Under the pieces are notes generated by a model. The model did no database searches. It was given only the letters and a program-made list of their open reading frames with translations, and was not told where the DNA came from. From an uncultured Gammaproteobacteria bacterium (GTDB lineage: Bacteria > Patescibacteriota > Microgenomatia > UBA12405), in NCBI GenBank assembly GCA_964544275.1, contig CAZIZX010000001.1:196342-260341 (forward strand): 64,000 bases of DNA, given 5' to 3'. The position numbers were made by a program, and so were the translations under genes. This document shows, in pieces, positions 18,602 to 28,045 of this stretch (the stretch's first letter is position 1; each line of letters starts with the position of its first letter).

Positions 18602-19325
18602 CAAGATTCTTCAGTCAGTTAGGCAATTAGAACCAAAATACTTCGATATTCACGTCGACCGCTATCGCTTCATTTTAAAACAAGTCTCGCTTCTTAATCT
18701 GCCAAAGTCTGCCAAAATACTCGATGTTGGCTGTTTTCCTCCCCATCTTTCTGCTGCCCTGACCAAACTTGGCTATCTTGTTTACGGAATTTCTTTTTTT
18801 AATGAACAAAAAACTTTGCCTCGTGTATCGAAAATAAATATTGAAAACCAGAAGCTGCCTTATCAGGACAACTCCTTCGATCTGATACTATTTTCTGAAG
18901 TTTTAGAACATCTTATTGAATATCCGGATAATTTCTTCTCAGAAGTCTATCGTCTGCTAAAAAAAGAAGCTTATTTTTTTATCACCACTCCCAACGCCGC
19001 CCGGCTTCAAAACATCGCCCTCCTTTTATTAAATAAGAATATCTACCCGCCACTTCCTCAATTTCAATCTACTCATATACAGGATGGCACCATTTATCAC
19101 CGCCACAACCGCGAATACACCCTGCCGGAACTAAATACCATTTTCAGCAAATACCCGGCAATGAAAACTATTGCTTCTGGATACTTCATATCTTTCTCTC
19201 CTTTTCGCCCCAAAAATAGACAAGATACTTTTTTGTTAAAAATAATAAAAACCCTAAACCATCTTCTGATGTTGCTTTTCCCCAACAAGAAAGATACTCT
19301 TTTTATGATCTACCAAAAACTTTAA
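18591..19325 (+). CDS. Class I SAM-dependent methyltransferase
   Basis: ILDVGC, LPYQDNSFDLILFSEVLEHL, ITTPN, HNREYT. Confidence 0.85.
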   Translation: MTTDKILQSVRQLEPKYFDIHVDRYRFILKQVSLLNLPKSAKILDVGCFPPHLSAALTKLGYLVYGISFFNEQKTLPRVSKINIENQKLPYQDNSFDLILFSEVLEHLIEYPDNFFSEVYRLLKKEAYFFITTPNAARLQNIALLLLNKNIYPPLPQFQSTHIQDGTIYHRHNREYTLPELNTIFSKYPAMKTIASGYFISFSPFRPKNRQDTFLLKIIKTLNHLLMLLFPNKKDTLFMIYQKL

Positions 19326-19378
19326 GGAACATCATAGCCTTTATTTGCTATACTGAATTATTAAAAACAAATTAAACT

Positions 19379-19843
19379 ATGGATATACCTAATCTATCCC
19401 CAACCAATCCTAGTGTTCCGGCTACCCCCCAAAACCTCAAAAAAGCGCTACCCTTGGTTCTTATATTATTTTTATCGGTAGCCAGTGGTTTTATTCTATC
19501 TCGACTTACTCCATCCACACCCGGTTCTTCCTCCAGTAATCCCATACCTTTTACCAATGGAGCAGTTAACAAGGAAGACATTGTTCCCGGAGTAGTTTAT
19601 GGTGACCAAAACAAAAATTATAATGACTCGGCTACTGGCCTGCTCAAGTCTGGTTCTGTCAACGGTGAGGGTACTCATTTTCTCGAACGTGAAGGTGGCG
19701 AGACCCAAAAAGTCACCCTAACCTCCTCCAGCATTGATCTTGATCTTTTTGTTGACAAAATGGTAGAAATTAAAGGTCAAACCAATTCATCTACCAAAGC
19801 TGGTTGGTTTGTTGATGTTTTTACAATCAAGCAACTTCAATAA
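19379..19843 (+). CDS. Hypothetical membrane-anchored protein upstream of ftsE
   Basis: TM helix, S/T/P-rich linker, beta-rich C-terminal domain. TAATG overlap with ftsE. Confidence 0.65.
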   Translation: MDIPNLSPTNPSVPATPQNLKKALPLVLILFLSVASGFILSRLTPSTPGSSSSNPIPFTNGAVNKEDIVPGVVYGDQNKNYNDSATGLLKSGSVNGEGTHFLEREGGETQKVTLTSSSIDLDLFVDKMVEIKGQTNSSTKAGWFVDVFTIKQLQ

Positions 19844-20568
19844 TGAAAATTGTTTTCGACAACGTTAGCAAAAGCTATGGGCTTACTAACGCCATTACTA
19901 ACGTAAATTTAAAGGTCAAACAGGGTGATTTTATATTTATTGCCGGCCCTTCTGGCGCCGGAAAATCTACCCTTTTAAAATTAATTCTCGGCCAAATTAA
20001 ACCCAGCTCCGGTCATATATTATTAGATGATGATGATTTGTCCAAGACTAAAAAAAGCCAACTGGATAAGTATAGAAAAAAAATAGGTGTCATCTTTCAG
20101 GATTACCAGCTGATAGCTGACAAAAATATCGAGGAAAATATTGCTCTGGCACTGGACATTATTAACTTTCCCAAAGACGAAATTCTTCCCAAGATTGACG
20201 AAGTCACCAAAAAAGTAAATTTAAGCAGTAAACGCCTACTTTTCCCTTCGCAGCTTTCTGGCGGAGAACTCCAAAGAACTTCCTTGGCCCGCGCCATTGC
20301 TGTTGAACCAACGCTGATTTTGGCCGACGAGCCCACTGGTAATCTCGATCCGGAGAATTCCTGGAACCTGATAAAACTGCTTCAGGACATCAACCAGACC
20401 ACCAACGCCACTGTTATCATGACATCCCACAACATGGACATTGTCGAATCCCTGGGTAAGAGAGTAATTTACCTCAAAAACGGTGAAATTATCAAAGACA
20501 CCGCCACTCCAAAAATCAAAAAAAATATAAAAGTTAAAACGAAAAACAAAGAAAATGTCAGCGCTTAG
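19843..20568 (+). CDS. ftsE: Cell division ATP-binding protein FtsE
   Basis: GPSGAGKST, GVIFQDY, LSGGELQR, ADEPTGNLD; directly upstream of ftsX. Confidence 0.9.
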   Translation: MKIVFDNVSKSYGLTNAITNVNLKVKQGDFIFIAGPSGAGKSTLLKLILGQIKPSSGHILLDDDDLSKTKKSQLDKYRKKIGVIFQDYQLIADKNIEENIALALDIINFPKDEILPKIDEVTKKVNLSSKRLLFPSQLSGGELQRTSLARAIAVEPTLILADEPTGNLDPENSWNLIKLLQDINQTTNATVIMTSHNMDIVESLGKRVIYLKNGEIIKDTATPKIKKNIKVKTKNKENVSA

Positions 20569-21427
20569 AAACTCTTGGCACCATATCAGCCGATCACCCC
20601 TCCAAAGCTTTACCGCTATATTCGTCATGTTCCTAAGTTTCTTTGTCATCACTTCTTTTCTCATCATATCCAACGGATTTTCATCTGTCCTCAAACATTT
20701 TGAGACCAAGCCCGAAATTACCATATACCTCAAAGACGGATTAAGTCTCGAAAAAGTTGAAGGTATCCAAAAAAATTTATCCGCTTACCCCGGTGTCAAA
20801 GAAATAAGGTTTATTTCCAAAGAAAAAGCTCTTGTTCTTTATAAGGAACAGAATCAGGACAACCCTATGCTTACCGAAATGGTTACCGCCAACATCTTGC
20901 CCGCCTCTTTTGAAGTCTCAGTCGAAGACCCTCTGATACTGGAAAAAATTGCCACCGACTTTAACCCTCAGAACGAAGTTGTTGATGAAATAATATATCA
21001 AAAAGACATTATCAACTCCCTTCTCTCCTGGACGAAAATAATCCGACAATCGGGCCTAATTATTATTGGTGTCAGTAGCCTGGTGTCGTTCTTTGTCATT
21101 TTTGTGATTATCGGTATGAAAATTACCAATCGCAAAGATGAAATCCGCATCAGCCGTCTACTGGGTGCCTCCAAATACTATGTCAAGAAGTCCTTTATTC
21201 TCGAAGGTTTATTCTATGGACTGGTTGGCAGTATCATTGGGGCTTTTCTTAGCTCCTTTATTTTTTATTACTTCGGTCAAAATATAAATACCTTTTTTCA
21301 GCCCATCCCATTCGTAATTTTTGATATTTATTTTTATCTCAAAATTTTATTGGCCGCTGTTGTTTCAGGTATCCTTATCGGTTTTACCGCCAGTTGGGTT
21401 GGTGTTAAAAGATATATAAAATTTTAA
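20555..21427 (+). CDS. ftsX: Cell division permease FtsX
   Basis: Four-TM layout with large extracellular loop, FISKEKAL, LPASFEV, RKDEI.I.RLLGAS, FILEG. Confidence 0.92.
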   Translation: MSALRNSWHHISRSPLQSFTAIFVMFLSFFVITSFLIISNGFSSVLKHFETKPEITIYLKDGLSLEKVEGIQKNLSAYPGVKEIRFISKEKALVLYKEQNQDNPMLTEMVTANILPASFEVSVEDPLILEKIATDFNPQNEVVDEIIYQKDIINSLLSWTKIIRQSGLIIIGVSSLVSFFVIFVIIGMKITNRKDEIRISRLLGASKYYVKKSFILEGLFYGLVGSIIGAFLSSFIFYYFGQNINTFFQPIPFVIFDIYFYLKILLAAVVSGILIGFTASWVGVKRYIKF

Positions 21428-21431
21428 CTCG

Positions 21432-22535
21432 ATGATAAAAAAGTTAGTTTTGTTTTTATCATTAATTTTTCTATCCTTCTCTTTCTTCCATCCCACCCTC
21501 AACAGTCAGGAAGAGACTCAACCGGTCACCGAATTACAGGACAAAATTAACGAATATACTGAAAAATTAGTCGAATTATCCAAGGCTAAAGATACTCTAA
21601 CCAACCAAATCAAAATTCTTGATTCCCAAATTAGTCTGACCCAACTGAAAATTACCCAAACAGAAAACACCATCTCCATTCTAGAAAACGAAATTGACAA
21701 TTTAGCCATCAAAATAAACGATCTTGACCGTTTCTTGGATCAACTCACTTTTGCTCTGATCCAGCAAATAAACCAAAACTATCGTCTGGCTAAGCGCATT
21801 CCCGCCGTCGCCCTGCTACTATCCAACAATTTCAACGGCTTTTTAGAGCAACAGAAATATATTACTTTAGTCCAGAAGAATAGCCAAAATACCATCATTA
21901 ACATGGAAACAGTTCGGACTAATTACGATCTCCAAAAACAGGAAAAAGAAAAAAAACAGGAAGAACTCAAAAACCTTCGGCTTCAGCTGGACGAACAAAA
22001 ACTGACTCTAGCCAAACAAAAAGATTCTAAGGCTAATCTTCTTTCGGTCACCAAAAACGATGAAGCTCGCTATCAACAACTCAAAAAAGCTGCCGAAAAC
22101 GAACTCAGTTCATTGCTCAGGGCCAAATTTGTCGGCAAAAGAGATGTCAAAAAAGGCGAAGCACTTGGACTGATGGGCAATACCGGCTATTCCTTCGGTG
22201 ACCATCTTCATTTTGGCCTCTACCAACTGGCCGAAGCCGATTTAAGCTCTTGGACCTACTATAACGATATCGATGCCTCCTCCTACCTCAGTACCCATCG
22301 TTGGCCCATGAACGAACCCATTACCATCACTCAGGAACGTGGAGTCACCAAATATGCCTACCTCTACGCCAACCGCTTCCACAACGGTATCGACATGGTC
22401 TCTCCCAACAAAACTATTGTCGCCGTCAATGACGGTGTTGCTTACTTCTTTAGAAATACCGGCAGCAGTCTCGGCAACCACGTCAAGCTTTTTCATCCTG
22501 ATGGCAAAATGTCACTCTATCTTCACATGCAGTAA
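21432..22535 (+). CDS. Secreted coiled-coil protein with circularly permuted M23 (LytM) peptidase domain; probable FtsEX partner
   Basis: Signal peptide and ~200-aa coiled coil, then VKKGE..G.MGNTGYS.GDHLHF placed before WP..ITQ..HNGID..VAV.DG..GNHVKL.H..G..SLYLH. Confidence 0.85.
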   Translation: MIKKLVLFLSLIFLSFSFFHPTLNSQEETQPVTELQDKINEYTEKLVELSKAKDTLTNQIKILDSQISLTQLKITQTENTISILENEIDNLAIKINDLDRFLDQLTFALIQQINQNYRLAKRIPAVALLLSNNFNGFLEQQKYITLVQKNSQNTIINMETVRTNYDLQKQEKEKKQEELKNLRLQLDEQKLTLAKQKDSKANLLSVTKNDEARYQQLKKAAENELSSLLRAKFVGKRDVKKGEALGLMGNTGYSFGDHLHFGLYQLAEADLSSWTYYNDIDASSYLSTHRWPMNEPITITQERGVTKYAYLYANRFHNGIDMVSPNKTIVAVNDGVAYFFRNTGSSLGNHVKLFHPDGKMSLYLHMQ

Positions 22536-22536
22536 G

Positions 22537-23154
22537 TTAGTAGCCTCTGGATACTTTTCTCAAACCCAAACCAGCCACTGTTCCCATTACCACCATAACT
22601 GTTTTCAAAATAATGGTAGGATCACCGGTTTTAGGCACTGACTTAACTCCGATAAAGTAACTGGCATCATCTTTGTCGCTCAATCCGTCGGCACTCACAT
22701 TGGCAACATTTGTCCTTTTATTCAAATTTACAAGCTTGTTTGCCTCCGATATCCTGGCTCTAATCAAAAAATTCTTTACTTCACCCACCTCAAGTTTATC
22801 TATTGTCCAGGTAATAACATTATTAACCTTGTTTAATTCACCCGGGTAGAATACCAAAGCTAAATTAGCTGGCAACTGATCCTCAACTTTAATATTGCTT
22901 AAAGTTTCATTACCGATGTTTTCCACACTTACTTTAAACTCCAGAGTATCACCGTCAAAAAATATGGCCACGTCACTGGAAATATTGTCGTAATAATTTT
23001 CCGAATCAATAGGTCTGATTTTTTTATCAACTGAAATGGCTCTCTTGTCTTCTTTAGGCACATAATACTGTGCATCAACTCTACTGGCGTTAAGCAGTGA
23101 AATCATCAAAACACCAAAAGCCGCCAACACCAATCCCGCTTTAGTTACTCTCAT
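22537..23154 (-). CDS. DUF11-like surface protein with C-terminal sortase signal (VPKTG)
   Basis: Signal peptide MRVTKAGLVL..., GDTLEFKVSVEN.G...L.N.KVED.LP, ITWTI..L..GE, then VPKTG, hydrophobic stretch and RKVSR tail. The track start at 23229 is really the -35 box. Confidence 0.8.
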   Translation of the reverse strand: MRVTKAGLVLAAFGVLMISLLNASRVDAQYYVPKEDKRAISVDKKIRPIDSENYYDNISSDVAIFFDGDTLEFKVSVENIGNETLSNIKVEDQLPANLALVFYPGELNKVNNVITWTIDKLEVGEVKNFLIRARISEANKLVNLNKRTNVANVSADGLSDKDDASYFIGVKSVPKTGDPTIILKTVMVVMGTVAGLGLRKVSRGY

Positions 23155-23200
23155 TTTATTAAAAATCATATTTAAATTTATATAATTTATTATACAGGAT

Positions 23201-23229
23201 ATTATATCACTATTTTCTTTTATTGTCAA
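23201..23229 (-). promoter_or_regulatory. Consensus sigma70 promoter for the VPKTG protein
   Basis: Minus strand TTGACA (23229-24), 17 bp ending in TGa, TATAAT (23206-01). Confidence 0.8.
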
Positions 23230-23377
23230 TATTTACAAAAGAACGGAACCACCAGCTTATATTTTTTTAGAAAATACCTATATTAATACTTATTTATACA
23301 ATAATATAAAAGAATATTAATATTATAAAAAAATTTTGTATTAATATGGTATTTTATATACCAAAGTATATGTAATA

Positions 23378-23406
23378 ATTATAACCTATAATCTTATTAT
23401 TTGCAA
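23378..23406 (-). promoter_or_regulatory. Second, upstream minus-strand promoter candidate
   Basis: TTGCAA (23406-01), 17 bp, TATAAT (23383-78). The region is very AT-rich, so a chance match is possible. Confidence 0.45.
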
Positions 23407-23452
23407 CATTGACAACATTTTTTAAAATCTCCGCTTTTGATATACTCATTTT

Positions 23453-24184
23453 ATGAAAAAACCAATCATCGACGAAATCTCAGTCTTTTTCCCCGCTTAC
23501 AACGAAGAAAAGAACCTCAAAACTACGGTATCCAAATCCATAGAAGTACTCAAATCTATTTCCCGCAAATGGGAAGTTATTATTATCAACGACGGTTCCA
23601 AGGATAAGACCCAACAGGTTGCCGAAAATATTAAATCCGACTATCCCGACAACATCAGCATCATCACCCACAGTCCCAATAGGGGATACGGTGCTGCCCT
23701 AAAAAGCGGTCTTTATAACTCAAAATATCAATGGATCGCCTTTATTGATTCCGATGGCCAATTTGATTTCGCCGAAATCAATCACCTTATAAAAAAACAA
23801 AAAGAAACCAAAGCCGATCTTGTTATCGGCTACTACCTTGGCAGAAAAGTGCCTTTTTATCGAAAATTTGGCTCACAGCTTTGGCAATTGGCTGTTTTCA
23901 CTCTATTTGGCCTTAAAGTCAGGGATATAGACTGTGGTTTCAAGCTGATCAATAAAAAGGTTGTCGACGCTATCCCCAGGTTGGAATCAGAACGGGGCCC
24001 GTTCATCTCTTCTGAATTCCTTATTCATTCCAAAAAAGCTGGTTTCAAAATTGTTGAAATTGGCGTTAACCATTACCCTCGCACAGCCGGAGAAGCCACT
24101 GGTGCCAAACTAAGCGTTGTTCTCGCCGGTTTCAAAGATTTATTCACTCTCTGGAAAAAAATTAACCTGGCTCATGCTAAGTAA
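23453..24184 (+). CDS. GT2, polyprenol-phosphate glycosyltransferase (DPM1-like)
   Basis: FFPAYNEE, INDGSKD, NRGYGAAL, IDSDGQF, RDIDCGFK. Confidence 0.88.
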   Translation: MKKPIIDEISVFFPAYNEEKNLKTTVSKSIEVLKSISRKWEVIIINDGSKDKTQQVAENIKSDYPDNISIITHSPNRGYGAALKSGLYNSKYQWIAFIDSDGQFDFAEINHLIKKQKETKADLVIGYYLGRKVPFYRKFGSQLWQLAVFTLFGLKVRDIDCGFKLINKKVVDAIPRLESERGPFISSEFLIHSKKAGFKIVEIGVNHYPRTAGEATGAKLSVVLAGFKDLFTLWKKINLAHAK

Positions 24185-25676
24185 AATCTTCCATCACAGA
24201 GGGTTAATTGTTTTAATCCTTCTTCTAGCTGCCTTCCTTCGTCTCTATCGCCTCCCTGAATACATGGAATTTTTGGGTGATCAAGGCCGAGATATGTTAA
24301 TTATTCGGGACTTGCTCAAAAACGGGAACCTGTTTTTTATCGGGCCCACCACCAGCATGGGACACATGTACCTTGGGCCTTACTATTATTACTTGATCGC
24401 CCCGTTTTTACTTATTTTCAACTTCAATCCAATCGGCCCTTCTGTTTTTGTTGCTCTCTTAAGCGTCTTGACCTGCTATTTAATCTACAAAATAAGCTGT
24501 GCTTGGTTTAATAAACCAATTGCTTTTTTGTCCTCTCTCCTTTTTGCCATATCGCCGGTAGTAATCAAATACTCAAATTTTTCCTGGAATCCAAACGTCA
24601 TGCCTCTGTTTTCGCTCCTGTTTATTTACTTTGTTTCCCAGGCTGTTTTCAAAAACAAACCCCGAGACTTGCTTTTCGCTACCCTCGCCTTTATTATGGC
24701 AATTAATTCTCATTATCTTGCTGTCTTATTGCTACCTCCCGCCTTTTTACTTTTACTTTACAAATTTTTAAAAGTCAAAAAAGACAGTAAAAACCCAAAT
24801 AAATCATTCAGTTTATATCTACTGCTCTCTTTCTTACTTTTTCTAGTCTCTTTAACGCCACAGATACTCTTTGACATCAGGCACAACGGCCAAAATATTA
24901 ACGCTTTTATCAGTTTCTTTTTTGACAGGCAATCAGGTACGGGATTCAATCTTATAAAGTATTTCCAGTCAATTCCTCAAATTACGTTCCTGATTTTCGG
25001 ACGTCTGATAACGGCAAAATACTTAAATATTGGCTTATTGTTCACTATATTTTCATCTTTATTTGTTTTGGTAAAAATTATAAATATCCTAAAGACCAAA
25101 TCCTATTCACAAAATAAGTATTTTATTTTACTCGTCACCTGGATTGCGTCTGGGATCCTCGGCCTTAGTCTTTATAATTTACAACTTGATCACTATTTTG
25201 GCTTCTTATATCCTGCAGTCTTTATCTTAACAGCTTTTTTTATTCATCAAGTTTACAAATCCTTTTCAATCTTGCGGATTACGTCGTTCATCATCACCCT
25301 TACCCTAATTATTTTATCTTTTCTCCAAAATCCCTTCCGTTTCTCTCCGCCCCGACAGCTTATTTACACTCGAAACATTGTCGACTTTATTATCAATCAA
25401 TCCAGCGACGAACCCTTTAATTTTGCCCTATTATCCAAGAACAACTATGACCCTTCATATCGCTATTTTTTTTATGAGAATGACTCACCCATCTTTGATC
25501 TTCACAACAAACTAACTGAACAGTTATTTGTCGTCTGCGAACCTTGGCAAAATGATTGCCAGCCCATAAACCACCCCCAATGGGAAATCGCCGCTTTCGG
25601 TTGGTCAAAAATTGACAAAGAATGGTCCGTTGAAGGAACGACGGTTTTTAGGCTAGTCCACAACAAGCAACCTTAA
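24174..25676 (+). CDS. GT-C membrane glycosyltransferase (ArnT/PMT-2-like)
   Basis: FLRLYRL...FLGDQGRD, GP.YYY...PF, AISP, WNPN; many TM helices plus C-terminal soluble domain. ATG 24174 preferred over 24117. Confidence 0.8.
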   Translation: MLSKIFHHRGLIVLILLLAAFLRLYRLPEYMEFLGDQGRDMLIIRDLLKNGNLFFIGPTTSMGHMYLGPYYYYLIAPFLLIFNFNPIGPSVFVALLSVLTCYLIYKISCAWFNKPIAFLSSLLFAISPVVIKYSNFSWNPNVMPLFSLLFIYFVSQAVFKNKPRDLLFATLAFIMAINSHYLAVLLLPPAFLLLLYKFLKVKKDSKNPNKSFSLYLLLSFLLFLVSLTPQILFDIRHNGQNINAFISFFFDRQSGTGFNLIKYFQSIPQITFLIFGRLITAKYLNIGLLFTIFSSLFVLVKIINILKTKSYSQNKYFILLVTWIASGILGLSLYNLQLDHYFGFLYPAVFILTAFFIHQVYKSFSILRITSFIITLTLIILSFLQNPFRFSPPRQLIYTRNIVDFIINQSSDEPFNFALLSKNNYDPSYRYFFYENDSPIFDLHNKLTEQLFVVCEPWQNDCQPINHPQWEIAAFGWSKIDKEWSVEGTTVFRLVHNKQP

Positions 25677-27319
25677 AGCTTTGTTTTCAAAACTCTATAA
25701 GCGAGAGGTCCATTCGGCAGAAATATGTCTTTCACCAAAACCAGATTATGGTCTTCAATTTGCTGGTCAGATAGGGCCAAAGCATCACATATTAAATACT
25801 GCTCAACCCCGCTGGTATCTTTCCCAAACTCAATGTTTTTGACCGTTACTTTACCCAGATATTTTTCGTTTACTCTGCTTAGGTTTTCATAATAATCCTG
25901 GGGGAGTACCTCGATATTATCGGCCTGATATAAATCCGGACTATACTTCAACCAAAACAAAGCCTGAATATATGGTTCAGCCCTGGAGTTATCAATAATA
26001 ATCGGCAAATCAGAATCATCCTCGATTACCGTCTTTATAGCTTCTTCTATTCCATAACCCCAATAAGAAGCCCGAAAATATTCGTTTAATTTAAAAACAC
26101 TGCTGTTCAATTTAATAACGGAATAAGACACTCCTAACAGAACAACTGCAACCATAATTTGATACTTCGCCCGATTCTTTACAAGCCAATCGAGACCCAA
26201 ACTCATTACCATTACCAATGGTATCAATTGTGGCAAAGCTCTGATTGTTGAATATGGGTCGCGTGTCAAAGACGCTGGTATTGGGGATACTAGCAACATA
26301 CAAACGACAAAATACCTTAATTTCCCTAGATTCTTACATCTAAACAGAACAATTAGTCCTAAAACATAAAAAGGAAATTGCCAGGCAAAAAAAGCGGAAA
26401 CATCGGGATATGAACTTCTAGGTTCAGCGTCACCCAGATTAAATAAAAATCTGGGTGAATAATAAGAAGAATATAACGATAAAAATTCTCTGGCCATTAA
26501 AGTAACTTTCTCGTTAATCAGAAAAGAAATTTGTCCGCTAGCCTGAAAGTCGTGACCGTATGGCATATTTCTCTGGGTTGAAAATATATTCAACACACTC
26601 GCTCTGGCCGAAAATCCGGGAGTTCTGGCAATCAACACTGTCGGCAAAACCATTATCACTCCCAAAATAACAGAAATTGTCAACGGCAATACGCTTTTTC
26701 TTAGGTTGTCCCACATTATTTTTCTATGATGAAAAACCAACAAGATTAAAATAACTGGGGCCACAATTCTTTCGGAATGATAAGTCAAAAAAGACAAAGC
26801 CCAAAAAATCGCCGACACCACCAGCAACCATTGTTTTTTAAACGACTTGTAAAACAACAATATAGCAACCATTAAAAACAACAAAGCCAGGTTAGTTTCA
26901 TAGGTAGTCCGAGACATTACTATATGCCAGGGTGAAACAGCCAACAAAAAGGCAGACAGCAACGGTAGGGTTCTTTTATATTTTTTTGGGCTGATTTCTT
27001 TGACCAAAAGATACAATATAACTACACTAAATAATCCAGCAACAGCAGACGGCAATCTGGTTACTCTTGGACCCAACTCGGCAAAGTTCAACACCAATGC
27101 CAATATGTAACCATAAACGGGAGCCTTAAAATCACCGAAAGACCGAAACACTACCGGTAGTGTTTTTCCAAACTCATCCTTACCCGTAACCTTCAAAGAA
27201 TAGGCATTATATCCTATCGCTGCTTCATCCAAATAAAATCCCTTTGGTACCTCGCCTAATTTATAAAACCGAAAATATCCACCAATTAATAAAACAATTA
27301 TGAATAATAAATATTTCAT
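25673..27319 (-). CDS. GT-C membrane glycosyltransferase (GYNAYS subgroup)
   Basis: FRFYKL...DEAAIGYNAYSL..TGKDEFG..LP..FRSFGDFKAP, RLPSA, SPWH..SR. ATG 27319 overlaps the upstream TGA. Confidence 0.82.
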   Translation of the reverse strand: MKYLLFIIVLLIGGYFRFYKLGEVPKGFYLDEAAIGYNAYSLKVTGKDEFGKTLPVVFRSFGDFKAPVYGYILALVLNFAELGPRVTRLPSAVAGLFSVVILYLLVKEISPKKYKRTLPLLSAFLLAVSPWHIVMSRTTYETNLALLFLMVAILLFYKSFKKQWLLVVSAIFWALSFLTYHSERIVAPVILILLVFHHRKIMWDNLRKSVLPLTISVILGVIMVLPTVLIARTPGFSARASVLNIFSTQRNMPYGHDFQASGQISFLINEKVTLMAREFLSLYSSYYSPRFLFNLGDAEPRSSYPDVSAFFAWQFPFYVLGLIVLFRCKNLGKLRYFVVCMLLVSPIPASLTRDPYSTIRALPQLIPLVMVMSLGLDWLVKNRAKYQIMVAVVLLGVSYSVIKLNSSVFKLNEYFRASYWGYGIEEAIKTVIEDDSDLPIIIDNSRAEPYIQALFWLKYSPDLYQADNIEVLPQDYYENLSRVNEKYLGKVTVKNIEFGKDTSGVEQYLICDALALSDQQIEDHNLVLVKDIFLPNGPLAYRVLKTKL

Positions 27320-28041
27320 ATTACTCTTATCAATTCCATCAAACAAAAAATTAAATAAAACCCAAAAAGCAACCTTGCCTGTTTAAATCTGGCCATAATT
27401 CCAAGTCCATAAATTATCATTAACCCCAACGGAAACCACAAGACAAAATCATACCTGTCCGGGTTTTTCAACAAAGCCAGCAAAATAATCAGGCTTGAAC
27501 TTAAAGCCACCCACCAGGTTCTATTTTTATATTTTTTTATGTTTATGACTCCAACGAAAAATGGAATTATCGCCAAAAAAGGGAACTTCATTAAATTCTG
27601 GTTGTCGCCCACCAACTCTCTTGGGTGTAGCCCAAAAAAATAATTGTTCGGGTCAATCAACAAAAATAAATTTTTATTATATTTATCAATCACCTCAACA
27701 TACTTGTTTTGTAACAGCAGTGCTTCAATTCTGTTGTCATAAAGAGATCTTTTTGTGTTCAAATAATGCCAGTCCAGTTCATTTCTGCCCAATATTGTCA
27801 ATCTATCAATCCGATTTTTACCGCCAAAAAATATTCCCAAAAAAAGGACACCCAAAACCAAAATGAAACTTTTTAATTTCCCTTTTTTGAAACAATAAAA
27901 ACTCGTACCAATAATCAAAATTGAGGCAATTAATCCAAGGCACAACAAATTAATTCCATTGTATTTCCAAAACAAATATGGCCAAAATACTAATGATATT
28001 ATTGAAGCAATAAATACCTTTTTACAAACAACCAATCTCAT
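27316..28041 (-). CDS. Short membrane protein resembling the C-terminal half of GT-C enzymes
   Basis: Multiple TMs; LIDPNNYFF..FPFLAIIPFFVG parallels YSPRFLF..FPFYVLG of the downstream GT-C. Start uncertain (28041, 28095 or 28122). Confidence 0.6.
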   Translation of the reverse strand: MRLVVCKKVFIASIISLVFWPYLFWKYNGINLLCLGLIASILIIGTSFYCFKKGKLKSFILVLGVLFLGIFFGGKNRIDRLTILGRNELDWHYLNTKRSLYDNRIEALLLQNKYVEVIDKYNKNLFLLIDPNNYFFGLHPRELVGDNQNLMKFPFLAIIPFFVGVINIKKYKNRTWWVALSSSLIILLALLKNPDRYDFVLWFPLGLMIIYGLGIMARFKQARLLFGFYLIFCLMELIRVI

Positions 28042-28045
28042 TAAT

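Noticed and set aside
22537-23229. Track start at 23229 (and extended starts at 27959, 29371, 33364, 60965)
   Set aside because: The extensions cover promoter boxes or neighbouring genes; downstream ATGs fit signal peptides, paralog alignment or -10 spacing better.
23155-23452. AT-rich gap as replication origin
   Set aside because: No DnaA-box cluster seen, no dnaA nearby, and the C-rich skew appears the same on both sides.
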